DNA of 64,000 nucleotides from Schizosaccharomyces osmophilus. Lineage: Eukaryota. Below, in pieces: positions 11,561 through 24,255 of this stretch. Every line of letters begins with the position of its first letter. Position 1 is the stretch's first letter. Under the pieces are notes generated by a model. It was given only the letters and a program-made list of their open reading frames with translations. It was not told the origin of the DNA and ran no database searches. The position numbers and the translations under genes were made by a program. Location: the NCBI RefSeq assembly GCF_027921745.1, contig NC_079238.1, positions 2,046,001-2,110,000 of the forward strand, written 5' to 3'.

Positions 11561-12756
11561 TCTAACAGCAAAGTACTATTCTCCCAGATTTTATCAGCTA
11601 AATCTTCGAGACTGATACCTTTTATCTTGGCTACAGCTTCTGCAACGATCACAGTATTGCATGGTTCGTTCCTACCCCTAACCATACACCCTTCTTTATA
11701 TCTCTCTTTTTTACATGTATCAAAAAGGTTTTTGGAGTCCAAGAAAGCATGGCCAGCATGCGATGGGCGAATTTCACACCAAGGGGCATCTGGGAAATTC
11801 AGTTAGAATACTTTTTCATATTTATACAACAGTTATTTGAAATAAAAGACATACCCGTTTCTAACAACATCTTATCCAAAGGAATTGCTCTTACTACTTC
11901 AACATTTTCAGGTGTTTTTAAAGAGCAACCATTGACCCCAACATATAGATCGTGATCAACACATTGTTGCATCTCTTCAACTGTTCCGGTGAAGGAATGT
12001 ACAACACCCTTTTTAGGTAGATTTGGTAAATATTTTTCAAGAATTTCAAAAAAGTCGTTGGCCGCATTTCTTGAATGTAAAAATAAAGGCAATTGTACCC
12101 TAACGGCAAGCTTCAATTGCTCTTCGAAATACCTTAAAATAGTTAGAAACAAAGTGAAGGCTAACTTAGCATGTAAATTACTCACTTTTTCTGTACATCT
12201 GCTGAAGCGTGATGAAGTCTGTCATAATCCAAACCAAATTCACCAAACGCAGCTACTTTTCCTGTTTTTTTTCCTTCATGAACTAAGGATTCTAACTGAT
12301 TGAGATAGTCTTCAGGTCCTTCAGGATTGTTGTTAAAGCATTCCGCCTGACAAGGATGCACTCCAATCGTACAAGTAAAGGAATCTGCAAGTTAGCTTCT
12401 GGGTGAAAATTTGCGACTTTATTTATGCATAAAACTTTCAGTAATTTGGTTTTTGAGCTATTCATACCATATTGGGTTGCAAGTTTTAAAGCGTCTCTTG
12501 AATTGACGACATTGTCTCCAGTAATCATCATTTTTTGGACGCCCTTTGACACTGCACGAGAAATAACAGCGTCGAAATCATCTATATGGCGTTGCTTGTC
12601 ATGATAAAAGCCTCGAAAGACAGGATCTGTCGCGTTATATCCAATATCGTAAAACCGAAGACTAATAAATAAATCAGTATTAGGCACGAATAAATTGTTT
12701 ATTTTTAATTATGTAATAAATTACCTCCTTTGAATTGCCTGTTTAATCTGAGCCAT
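11557..12756 (-). CDS. TatD-family deoxyribonuclease, multi-exon
   Basis: ATG 12756; exons give FYDIGYNATDPVFRG, GVHP, GEFGLDYDR, LPLFLHSR, VVHSFTG, LLETDAPW, GRNEP. Confidence 0.9.
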
Positions 12757-12908
12757 GCTTATTCAAGGATTCAAGGATGATTTTTGTATTTTCTGAATTA
12801 TAGGAAGTGAATCTGAAAGTAGTTATATAAGCACACAACTATTTCATTATAAAAGTGGATTTACTCCTTGTTTTCTTATAAATTGGCTCTTAAACGATTG
12901 CGGTAATG

Positions 12909-12932
12909 AAAAAAAAAAAAAAAAAAAAAAAA
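12909..12932 (+). repeat. Poly(A)24 tract
   Basis: 24 consecutive A between the TatD start and the pgr1 3' end. Confidence 0.9.
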
Positions 12933-13031
12933 TATTCAACAATAAGTTTTATAAATTTACTGTTTACGCTTTTAGAAAATTAAGCTCAAAAAAGAATCCA
13001 CACAAAACTACACGAGGATTTTGAAATCTGC

Positions 13032-14543
13032 TTAAACTAAAGTAACCAATTCCTCAGCAGAAGTAGGATGAATTGCGACGCAGTTATCAAAGTCAGCTTT
13101 GGTAGCACCCACTAAAACATGTTAGCAACAACTATTCACATAAAAACAAAAAAAAAAGGAAATTAAATCACTTACTCTTTATAGCTACACCGAAACCTTG
13201 AAGAATTTCTGAAGAAAAGTCACCAACCATGTGCAAACCAACGACCTTTTGGAGAGGACCAGCACAGATAAGTTTGTATGTAGTAGGGACCTTATTCTCT
13301 TCATCGACCAAAGCGTAATTCAGACCTCTAAAAGTGGAATTGTAGACCTTAATCTCGTTTTCGCCATATTTATCAATAGCTTCCTGTTCAGTAAAACCAA
13401 TAGTACCGGCCTCGGGATGAGCGAAAACAACAGAGGGGACATTAATATAATCCAAATGAGCGTCCTTAACCCCTCCAAAGAGACGGTCAGACAAACGACG
13501 ACCTGCAGCAATGGCTACGGGAGTGAGCTCAATCTTGCCAACAACGTCACCCAAAGAGAGGACAGAAGGAACATTTGTGCGTTGGTATTCATCAGCAACA
13601 ACGTGTCCACTAGGGAGAGTCTTAACGCCAGCCCGGTCAAGACGCAAACCCTCAGTCTTGGGGGTACGACCGACGGCCCAAAGGAGGCTGTCGACGTCTA
13701 AAGCGCTTTGTTCGCTATGAAGACGCAATTGAGAGGATGGGAGCTTTTCAATCTTGCTAAACTCGTCGGAGTTTTTATGTATATGAATACCGAGATGTTC
13801 AAAGTGCTTCATAATCCCATCGCTGACAATGGGGTCAAAGCGGCGCAAAAATTTGTCACGGCGAATAAACAAATGGGTTTCTGTACCTAGAGCGGCAAAA
13901 ACACCAGCCAGTTCTATAGCAATGTATCCAGCACCGACAACGGCAACTTTCTTGGGTTGTTCTTCCAATTCGAAAAATCCATCACTGTCAATACCGTACT
14001 CGGCACCGGGTATATGAGAAGGCCAGATAGGTCGACCACCCACGGCGATGAGAATGTTTTTCGCAGAAAAGGTTTGAACGCCAGAGCCGTCCAACATATC
14101 CACGGCAACTTCCGTGGGTGAAATAAAGCTGGCATGACCAGAAATATATAAAACACCATCATTGTTGACATTACGCTCGTAGATTCCATTCAATCTTTTA
14201 ATATAAGCATCTCGCTTTCTTTTAATAAGGCCCCAGTCGAAGCGACCGATGTTGCTTTCAGGAAATCCTTGTTGAGGAGCGGTTTTCATCTTGGCAACCA
14301 AATCGGCGATATTCCACATTATTTTTTTGGGGACACAGCCATAATTTACACAAGTACCACCTAAGCGACCAGAAGCTTCAACCAAGCCTACCTTGGCACC
14401 ATATTTGGCTGCACGTCGAGCAGATGCAAGACCACCTATAAGAACAAGGCATTAGTCATTTGTAATCAATTTTGTATATTTATATACATACCGCTTCCAC
14501 CGCCAATAACTAAATAATCAAATGCTTTTGTAGTAGGAGGCAT
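13032..14543 (-). CDS. pgr1: Glutathione reductase, two introns
   Basis: ATG 14543 MPPTTKAFDYLVIGGGSG|GLASARRA; GGTCVNYGCVPKK redox motif; last exon ends AIHPTSAEELVTLV, stop 13032. Confidence 0.95.
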
Positions 14544-14609
14544 GTATCTAGTGAATAAAAGTAGGAAAAGGTACCTTTCAATTTAGCACTACGCGTAGCC
14601 TTAAGTACA

Positions 14610-14676
14610 AGGGTAGGGTTACGATACGCCGTTTTAATTTTGCTACATTCGGCTACTTATTACAAACGATTAGTAA
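14610..14676 (-). promoter_or_regulatory. pgr1 promoter: Homol E-like box (AGGGTAGGGT, 14610-14619) and Pap1-type site (TTAGTAA, 14670-14676)
   Basis: Exact motif matches 67-133 nt upstream of the ATG; pgr1 is a Pap1 target in S. pombe. Confidence 0.55.
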
Positions 14677-14944
14677 GAATTTTATAGAATGTAGTAAGAA
14701 TAATGATTTATTAAAAATATAGCTTTTTCAAGATTTGAAGTCTTTGTGGCGAGTTCATCAATATACACAGGAAGAGTAGTAGGAAGAAATTAGGGAATTA
14801 ATTGAATAAATGAGTGTATAAGTGTTTATCTGTAAACTTAAGATTGGAGCGTAAAGACCACTATGTATGTAATGAGATTCTTCTGAATGGAAAAAATGTG
14901 TTAAAAGAGCGACGATAGACACAAGAAAACCAGATTTCGTATGA

Positions 14945-15940
14945 CTAAATGATTTTTCGAACAGCATCTACACGAGACTGCATAACACTGAGAGCAGGAC
15001 AAACCCACTCTAGGCAACTACATTGCATTCCTTGCCATCGGTAGGAACCAATTTTCGAACTGCATTTGGGGCAGTCAAAACGACCCTCTAAATTTCCTTG
15101 TTCCAACTCGGGCTGCATCCAACGAATAGGCTCAAGAAAATAATGAGTACATCGAACATTTGCTGGTTTATTTTTTGGCTCATGAGGAATAATGTAGTCG
15201 GACGACGCAAGTATAAATCTGCATTTCTTACAGCGGATTTCAGTTTGCCCTGCACGAGCCCGAACCGATTCAGTATAATTTACATCTGATGGCACTCTTA
15301 TGTTTAGGACAGCGAAATCACCATACTTATGGAAGAGCCAAAGTCGATATGGACGTTGCTGTTGAGTAAGCTCAAAACTGCATTCATATAATACTTGCAG
15401 TTGTTTAAAAAAACTTGGGTTTGGAGAAATATTTAAACGCTTGGTAGAAATATAGCTTAAAGCTTTCTCGGGATTCCAATCGTTTTTCTTCATTAAGTAA
15501 GCTGATACTAAAGTGACGGACCTAGATACCCCAGCGAAACAGTGTACAAGAACACCAGAATTGGAAGCAATGGCTTGGTCTATAAACTTAATCGTTTTCG
15601 AAATATGCTGCAAAATGTTTTGTGAACTTCCATCCTCCATAGGGATCCATAAGTGTTGATTGCTTGGTAAGTTCAATTTTGGATCTACGCTCATAGCACT
15701 TAAAACGTATTGTATGTTGTTCTTTTCCAGCAAATCCTTCCTGGATGCAGCCTTCCAACTGCTGATGTAGATATTTTCATCAATTTTGGAAATTTGGTCT
15801 AGAGAGTCTGCGTAGCCAACCTGGTTGATAGCTTTCTCAATGGACCCATCGTTTTGAAGAGAAGCTTCTGCTCCTTGAACTGAAGAATGTATCTCACTGA
15901 ATAGAGGCTTCCATGTCTGTTCATCCTGGTGCACTGACAT
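14945..15940 (-). CDS. yvh1: Dual-specificity phosphatase Yvh1 (60S biogenesis)
   Basis: VHCFAGVSRS catalytic loop plus C-terminal Zn domain RCKKCR..CPKCSSKIG..QCSC. Confidence 0.92.
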   Translation of the reverse strand: MSVHQDEQTWKPLFSEIHSSVQGAEASLQNDGSIEKAINQVGYADSLDQISKIDENIYISSWKAASRKDLLEKNNIQYVLSAMSVDPKLNLPSNQHLWIPMEDGSSQNILQHISKTIKFIDQAIASNSGVLVHCFAGVSRSVTLVSAYLMKKNDWNPEKALSYISTKRLNISPNPSFFKQLQVLYECSFELTQQQRPYRLWLFHKYGDFAVLNIRVPSDVNYTESVRARAGQTEIRCKKCRFILASSDYIIPHEPKNKPANVRCTHYFLEPIRWMQPELEQGNLEGRFDCPKCSSKIGSYRWQGMQCSCLEWVCPALSVMQSRVDAVRKII

Positions 15941-16295
15941 TTTGCTATAATATGGATATCCCCTCGAAAAAGCAAACGATAAATTAGAAAGAGTTTAGCG
16001 ACGAAAACTCAAATAAATTAAAAATAAAAATATAATGCAATGCCCAAAATTCCAAATAAAAACCGTAAAAGTTCTCTTTTTCTTAACCTGTAGTTTTTAA
16101 CATGAAGTTCTCTTAGGGATAGCTTGTTACTTGGCAAACAAGACGCAAGTGTTGGGATTGTTATCTGGTGGCTTTCGAAAATCAATCGATGTACGCTTCT
16201 CTCCTTTACATGCAAGCATTAAAAGAAGTGGCATTGTGCTTGGAATAAGAATTAAAACTCTAGTTTTTTAAAATATTTTTGTAAAGTATATTACA

Positions 16296-17680
16296 ATGGA
16301 GGCAAGCAAAGAAGAAGCGCTTCGGTAAGGTTCTTTTCGCAAAGGTTCATTTTTGGGCGCTAATTGTTATCATTATAGCTGTATAAATCTCGCCAGAAAG
16401 TATTTGGATACAGGCAATTATCAAAAAGCATCCAAACTTGCTGATAAATCCGAACGAATTCTCCCTACATCAGAAGCAGAAGACTTCAGAAGATATATGG
16501 CTAAAGAGAGGACTACCAATAAGACGAAGCCTTCTGCCGCATCGACTGGAACTAGTAATGGCTCTTCAACTATGCGTGATAGAACCTCAAATGCACCGAA
16601 AAGCAATGATTTTTCTCAGGCATCATACACACGTGAACAGATTGAAATTGTTCGGAAAATAACAAAATTAAAGGAACATGAGTATTACGAAATATTAAAT
16701 TTGACAAAGGACTGCAAAGATCTAGAGATAAAAAAGTCGTACCGGAAACTCGCATTGCAACTACATCCAGATAAGAATCACGCACCAAATGCTGATGAAG
16801 CTTTTAAAAGTATGTGGTGAACAATTTATTTATGCTTCTTTGTAAAATGAATTCAATTACGCTAACTCTTCACTTAGAGGTTTCCAAGGCGTTTCAGGTT
16901 CTTTCGGACCCGAACATGAGAGCGCACTACGATCGAACAGGAGCAGACCCAGAATCACGAGCTAGTACCTCTACTTCCTCATTTGCTCAACGGGCTGGTC
17001 CGGGTTTCCAGGGTTTTTCTGGCTATCCACAAGCACAGATGTCACCCGAAGATTTGTTCAATTCATTCTTTGGCGATCAGTTCTTTTCAGGTAAGTAACA
17101 TGCGTACAATTAACTCTTCATTTGTAGCTGACATGTCTTTTTAGGAGGACCAAACACATTTTTCTTTGGCGGACCTGGAGTTCGTGTTCATCAATTTGGA
17201 GGTCGTCCTCGGAGATTCCGTAGGCAACAAGCCCAAGATACTAGTAGCAAGAGTACGCTTTACCAAATCCTCCCCATCCTCATAATTGTTATCTTTGCAT
17301 TTTTGTCTAATTTTACTTCTTTTGACGATTCGTCCGTTCGTGCTGGATACTCCTTTGCGCCTACAGAAAAGTATTCTGCCCAGTACGTGTCTCCGAAATA
17401 TAAGGTTCCGTACTATGTGAATCCAAAACAATACAAATCTCTGTCTTCTCGAGACTCTTATAGACTGGCTAATCAGATAGAGCAACAATACGCGGAGAAA
17501 ATGCACGCTGAGTGCATTAAAGAAAGAGAGTACAAGGAGAATCAGATCCGGAAATCTTATGGTTGGTTCTTCCCTGATGAAGAAAAGTTAAGCAGGGCGA
17601 AAGAAATTTCTTTGCCTCATTGCGATGAGTTTTCTCGGCTCAGTTATCATAAATCATTTTCTAATTATTATTACTATTAA
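16296..17680 (+). CDS. ER DnaJ protein, DNAJB12/Hlj1-like (J domain, TM, DUF1977-type tail), three introns
   Basis: ATG 16296 MEASKEEALR|CINLAR; introns 16325-16378, 16810-16877 and 17091-17144 keep frame; LHPDKN motif, G/F region, one TM segment. Confidence 0.9.
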
Positions 17681-18372
17681 GTCTAACTCTCTGATCCGTT
17701 TACCTTTTCGTTCGTTATCCTTTCCCTCAATCTATGATTCACTTTTACTTAAGTACGAGAATGATTGTGGAATCCACAAAAATAGAAAACCGGATAGAAA
17801 AGTGGGGTTTCCTTTGGCACCCTTTCATATAGACTTCAAAATTGGCTGAAACTTTTTTGAGACATAGTCGTTCTCTTGTTGATAATTTTTCCCTTCTCAA
17901 AGAATGGAGCCTGAGATTATTCATTAATTTGGGCTGTTGCGTTTTTCTCCCTTAGAATTCTCTTCGGTGGTCATCTATTTCTTTATTTTAATAATTCCAT
18001 ATACTAGAAACTCATGATTGACTTAATTTCTAACGGTTTTGGTTTTTATAATTTACCAGTATTTTGTCGAATTTCTATCAAAAGTTGCTGTTTGCAAAGA
18101 ACAATGTCATGCTACATAGGCACAAAATAATGTAACCCGTAATCAGGTAGTTTCATCCTTCGTCTCGTAATTTAAAATGCATACAGTTGCTCCCATGAAC
18201 CTTCAATTCATGAAAGCTACTTTTCTAAATCAATTTTCAAAACAACCAAATTTGTATCTACGGTATCTTGTTTTTTTGAAAAAAGGGCTCACTCCAACTC
18301 CTTATATACTTGCTTGCTAATAGACTGACTGAACTCTGTATAAACATTTTACTAAAGAAAAAGGGCCAAAAA

Positions 18373-20831
18373 ATGGCAACTATTAAATTGCAGTTTCCTG
18401 CATCTTTAAAGACTTCGTATACGTTTGCAAACTCTTTGAAAGTTGCTATTTCAATTCACGAATATGGTGTAAAAGCTCCTATTGAAGGAGGTAAGATTTA
18501 AGACGAAAAGTTTAATCAATTATTGACACGAAATAGCTGCAAATTGCTCTTCTGTTCGATTGCTAGATGCCAAAGATTCAGAAAAATTTATTTCTGATGC
18601 CAATGCAATCGTAAGGTAAGAAATTATTTAGGGCATTTAAAATATGGTGATGATGCTTACATTCGCATAGTTATTTGTATTGGCAACAAAAGAATGTTTC
18701 TTTTGAAGAGTTCCTGAACTCTAAAATGTCTATTTTGGATTGGGAAGCTTTAACCTTTGGTCATTTTGTGAAAGAAGCTGCCGAGAATAAAAATTTTAAT
18801 CAACTGTTGAGCCTTTTACAGGAAATAATCAAGCAAGACTCTGTTTCTGAAAACTTTACCCCTGTAGAAATTGCTCTCGTTGCTGATATCCATTTCTGCG
18901 TCGCCAATGGAGCTGGTTTGGAAGGGTACCCAGAATTGAGTAAGTGGTATTTAAAAACTGAAAAGAACCCTTCTTTCGTAAAGGCTTTACGGGTCTGTCT
19001 CGAGAAATCTTTAGGTCAACCTGCCGAGATTTCCGCCAAGGTTCCTATTTCTACAGAAACTCGTAACGTCCAAACTAGCAGTTTGATGCGTGAACGAAAT
19101 CCATCTGAGAAGCTTCTTCCTAAAGCAAATGAAGCCAACATTTTAATTACTTCTGCTTTGCCTTATGTAAACAATGTTCCTCACTTGGGTAATATTGTCG
19201 GAAGCACCCTCAGTGCTGATGTCTTTGCTCGTTATCATCGTGCCCGCAATCATAACACTCTCTATATTTGCGGTACTGATGAATATGGTACCGCTACCGA
19301 GACCAAAGCTTTGGAAGAAGGTATGTCTCCCAAAGAACTTTGTGACAAGTATAATGTTTTACACAAGCAGGTCTACGATTGGTTTGAAATCGAGTTTGAC
19401 GAATTTGGTCGTACTACTACTCCAAAACAGACTGAGATTGCCCAACACATCTTCAAAAAATTGCATGAAAACGGATTCATGTCTGCTGATTCTATGACTC
19501 AATTATATTGTGAAGTTCATAATGGATATCTCGCTGATCGATATGTTGAAGGAATCTGTCCTAAATGCCAATATGAGGATGCTCGAGGTGATCAATGTGA
19601 TAAATGTGGTGGTCTTCTGAATGCTTTTGAACTCGTTGAACCCAAGTGTAAGTTGGATGGCTCTAAACCTGTCAAGCGTGAAACGCGCCACGTTTTCTTG
19701 TCTTTAGATAAGTTACAACCTGCTGTTGAAACCTGGGCCACTGAAGCTGCCGTTGAGGGTAAATGGACTGTGAACGGACGAGCCATTACTGAATCTTGGT
19801 TGAAGGAAGGACTTCGTCCTCGCTGCATTACTCGTGACCTGAAATGGGGTACGCCAGTTCCTTTGGAGGAATTCAAAGACAAAGTTCTTTATGTATGGTT
19901 TGATGCTCCTATTGGTTACATCAGCATGACTGCTAACTACACTGATGAATGGGAGAAATGGTGGAGAAATCCTGAGCAAGTCAAACTGTATCAATTCATG
20001 GGCAAGGATAATGTTCCTTTCCATACTGTCATTTTCCCTTCCTCTCTGTTGGGTACGAAGGAAAAATGGACAATGTTGCACCACATTAACACAACCGATT
20101 ATTTGAATTATGAGACTGGCAAATTCTCAAAGTCTCGGGGTGTCGGTGTCTTTGGTAACACGGCTCAAGATATCGGTTTATCTCCTTCCGTTTGGCGTTA
20201 TTACCTTTTATCTACTCGTCCTGAAACTTCCGATACCATGTTTACTTGGAAAGATTTCATTACTAGACACAATTCCGAGTTGCTTGCTAATGTTGGTAAT
20301 TTTGTAAACCGCACTCTCAAATTTACCACTGCCAAATACAATGGAATTGTTCCTCATTATTTAGAGAATGCATCTGTTGGAGCCGCCAAGTTGAAGACAG
20401 ACTTCGTTCAAGATGTTAACATGTTATTGAAAAAGTACAATGCTGCGCTTGAGCAATCGAAATTGCGTGAAGGACTTCGACTTGCGATGGAAATTTCGGC
20501 TCGTGGTAATCAATACCTTCAAGATAACCGCGTTGACAACAAGTGTTTCTTGTATGAAAGACAAAAGTGTGCCGATGCGATTGGTTATTCTCTGAACTTG
20601 ATTTATTTGCTTGCTTCTATAATGTATCCATATATGCCTAGTGTAAGCTCCAGTATCAATAAGCAATTGAATGCTCCTGCGATGGCTATTACTGGCGATT
20701 TCTCTCTTCCTTTACTTCCTGGTCACAGAATTGGAGAGCCTGAATATTTGTTCTCCCGCATTGACGAAAGCATGGAAGAAAAATGGCGTATTAAGTACGG
20801 TGGTGTCGATGTCCAAAAAGAAACTGCTTAA
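18373..20831 (+). CDS. rar1: Cytoplasmic methionine-tRNA ligase, two introns
   Basis: ATG 18373; introns 18491-18536 and 18616-18670; SALPYVNNVPHLGN (HIGH), Zn knuckle, KFSKS (KMSKS). Confidence 0.95.
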
Positions 20832-21494
20832 AAGGATTTGTCGCAGTCCCATTGTTATGATAAATTTTGATATACTGAAGAATAAATATCTTATTTTTGT
20901 AGTGGTTTTATTAGTTTAGAAAAAATACTGTCTTTTTTTATTATTTTTTTGGATAACATAGCAAAGCGGTTTTATTAAGTACCAAGTACCAAGATTCAGT
21001 TTTGAGAGTTGCTGATGAATTTAACCCCAAGTGAAATAATAGAAAGCAAAGTACGGATTAAGGACATATATTTTGGAAACTGCAAAACTTTGCTTAAACG
21101 CTGTTCCTATTGCATAGTTCACTGGTAATGGCTTAACAAATGTCTGTTATATGCAGTGTATATAAATCAAAAAATATTTTATTCGTTTTTATCAATGGTG
21201 TTTGGATAATCCCAGATATGGATTTGTGCTCCATTCCTTGCTCTTAACACACTTGGGTAATTTCTGTGCAGGGCCATAAAATTACAATTGTGGTATGCGT
21301 TCATTCCAGAAACTCAAATTCATTGATATACTAGTCCTGTAAAAATTATATTCGATTGTTAATTTGTACGGGAATCAAGCATTTTGCGATTTTCGGCAAA
21401 GTACCGTTTCGGGTGGCCATTGAAACCGTAGAGTCACGTACTCAAAGAATTTGTGAACGGTTAACAGGCTACATTTGAAAAAATAGCTTGATTT

Positions 21495-22431
21495 ATGAAT
21501 GTTGCATGCGATATAACCGTGAGAGACTGTTTTACACCGAAGAAGCTGAGAGTGGGAACTCCGATGTCTACATCAGGACCTTTGAATAATGAAGCTCTTA
21601 CAGAAGAAGACATTGATTGTATACACAGTAGAGAGAACAAAAATTTTGAGTTGATTGATTTGGATGAATTACATGTGAGGTTGCTTAAAGGAACAAAAAT
21701 TCCATTGTCGGTTTCAATGTCTGGTCCAATAGTTGTACCAGAAAATTTTGGGATTGTTTATCCAAACACAATTTTCCGTTCATCGTGTCCCAACCCGATG
21801 AATTTTCCTTTCCTTGAATCTCTGTGCATCCGTACCATTGTCTCTTTGCGTCAAGAAGAATATTCAGAGCAAGAACTTGCATACATGGCTAGCAAGAGTA
21901 TAAAATATTATCACTTTGGAATGCCAGGGAGCAAATATCGAAAACAGGACTCGACATCAAAAGGAGAACAAAGTGATTTAAAGGGTGAGTACTGTTAGAG
22001 AAGTCTACCTAATCTTTTTCAGTTCATAATCGTTGTTAAAGATATTTGTAACTAACGATTCAGATATTGATCTTTTAGTCAGGAAATCGCTTTGTGTTAT
22101 ATTAAATAAAGAATTTTGGCCAGTGCTAGTTCATTGCAGCGGGGGCAAGGTATGGTTCACTTAAATTAAGGCACATAAGAAAACGAAAACTAATTTATGT
22201 TTAGCATCGTACTGGAATCGTGATAGGCTGTCTTCGTGCACTTATGAGTTGGTCTGCGCAGGATAGTATTGACGAATACGTGTAAGTTGCTGCAAAGTAA
22301 AAAAACTAACGTATAGTTCTTATTCTTATCCAAAAGAACGAGAAATAGATAAAGAGTACATTCGAGACTTTGCCGCCGATTCTACCCTTGTAAAATCAGC
22401 TGATGAATTAAAAAAAAAATATCCAAAATAA
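21495..22431 (+). CDS. Siw14/OCA-family (PFA-DSP) phosphatase, three introns
   Basis: PENFGIV..IFRSSCP..NFPFL; splicing 21985-22063 and about 22150-22204 rebuilds VLVHCSGGK|HRTG (CX5R intact); stop 22429-22431; start codon uncertain. Confidence 0.85.
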
Positions 22432-22808
22432 AAATGAGGATTTATAACATTTTGTTGGTTTCCTCGTTCAAAAATCTTATGTACCTTTTCTTCCCTAAAG
22501 CAAGTCTTCCTTGAAACTGTCTTATTCAGCAACAAACCAGTGTTTACATTGTCCCTTTTAAAACATGCTTTCGTTTTGGATAATTTTGATTTAATACTAT
22601 TTATATGTTTTATATATATATATTATTGTAAAGTGGGTTTTCTTTGGTATTTGCTTCTTCAAACCAACAAGGCATTCTATAGCTGTATGTACAGCATTTA
22701 TCATTAGCATGTGGTCGTTCTCTTTATCGCCTTATGAGCGTTTAATAAATGTATATTTCAAAACCTTCATTTTTTTTTCTGTAATTAACGGATGCATTGA
22801 AGTTGCTA

Positions 22809-23442
22809 TTATTCCTGGAATATGGTACGCCCATAACCGATCGTATTTATTCCTGCAAATGTACATAGGGCTAGAGGGTATAATCGGAATGATTTAATCG
22901 ATTTCTTTCCATTAATCATCAAATAGGCTAAAGACCATGCTGTCGAAATTCCTGATCCATTCGCTAAATCTTGAAGCAGGTATAAGTTAACAATGGACAT
23001 GAATTAGAATTGTAAAACATCTTGACATTGACATTTCTAATCAATAGATTTTAAAGAGTTCTGTGTTATGCTCTCTTACTTACCTCCGCTACCAATTGCT
23101 AGTCTTTCATTACAAATGTTAGTAACCATCAGCACTGAAGCGGATCCTCTAGCGTGTTTGCTTTTCAAATTTGTACATACCCGCCAACTGCTCCGAAGCT
23201 TCCACATAGTAAACAACCCGGCGCAAACGGTCCTCCTACAGGGCGTTTGAGTGCTCTAGGTATCGATGCCAAAACTGCCAGATTAGCTTGGGAATCACGA
23301 GCGCACCCCATTTAACATACGAGCACCGCTAAAAGCTACATAGGTTAGTTGATAACAATGGAAAATTCTGCCTACCGAATGCTGGGTAATAGGTCTTGTA
23401 ATAGCTGTTGAAGGTATCGCTATAGTTATTTTTTTGATCCAT
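22809..23442 (-). CDS. aim19: Aim19-like small mitochondrial membrane protein, five exons
   Basis: ATG 23442; exons including a 15-nt (23321-23335) and a 20-nt (23084-23103) microexon join in frame to GDLANGSGISTAWSLAYL. Confidence 0.8.
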
Positions 23443-23987
23443 TTTTCAAGAAATGTTAAGTCGAATACAAAGATACTGATTTCAATCAAAAGTAGTCAAT
23501 AAATTTTACGAGTTTCTATAAGATGCTACTTTTAATTTATATGATATTTCTTTTAATGTCAAAGAAGGAACTAAATTACGTATATAATAACATCCGCTTA
23601 GTATATATAAGTTAACTGAGTATATATTACTATGGCTGCTCGACTGTAAATAAACAATAAAAGCAGAACGAACAGACAATTTGGTAAAGTCAATAGATGA
23701 ACAGGATCCAGTTATAAATTACAAAAAGTATATGAAACATGATTCCCTTATCGGACTCGAGTCACGGCTAATTTAAGGAGCATTGACTCAGTCGAAGTTT
23801 GTCCTTAGACTTATGTAACCACGTCTTTTAGTGATTGCTATTCAATCTACAAGTTATGTTCTGTGTTCAATGTCGATAACCCAATCATTTCACCAAATTT
23901 TTCTACTGGTTTGCATGTTTTTAAGAAAGTCTGTATGGTTTGGCGAAATCTGTTGTATGTGCATACGTTGCTGTATGTTGGTTCACG

Positions 23988-24017
23988 AAAAAGAAAAAAA
24001 AAAAAAAAAAAAAAAAA
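23988..24017 (+). repeat. A-rich tract (A5 G A24) upstream of the 5S gene
   Basis: Read directly from the sequence. Confidence 0.9.
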
Positions 24018-24136
24018 CAGAAGAAGGTGCATGAAGTCAAGGTGTTGAAATAGCTTTTTTTTTCGACCCACTGGAAAATCCGAATACTTGTCTTCACAGA
24101 ATAACAATATAGATAGGTAAATGAATTACAACACAT

Positions 24137-24255
24137 GTCTACGGCCATACCTAGGCGAAAACACCAGTTCCCGTCCGATCACTGCAGTTAAGCGTCTGAG
24201 GGCCTCGTTAGTACTATGGTTGGAGACAACATGGGAATCCGGGGTGCTGTAGGCT
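24137..24255 (+). rRNA. Dispersed 5S rRNA gene
   Basis: 119 nt GTCTACGGCCATACCTAGGCGAAAACACCAGTTCCCGTCCGATC...GGGAATCCGGGGTGCTGTAGGCT matching fission-yeast 5S; T8 Pol III terminator at 24261-24268. Confidence 0.98.

Noticed and set aside
14544..14582. In-frame non-AUG N-terminal extension of pgr1 as a mitochondrial targeting signal
   Set aside because: Only 13 open codons before an in-frame TAA; too short and not presequence-like enough to support
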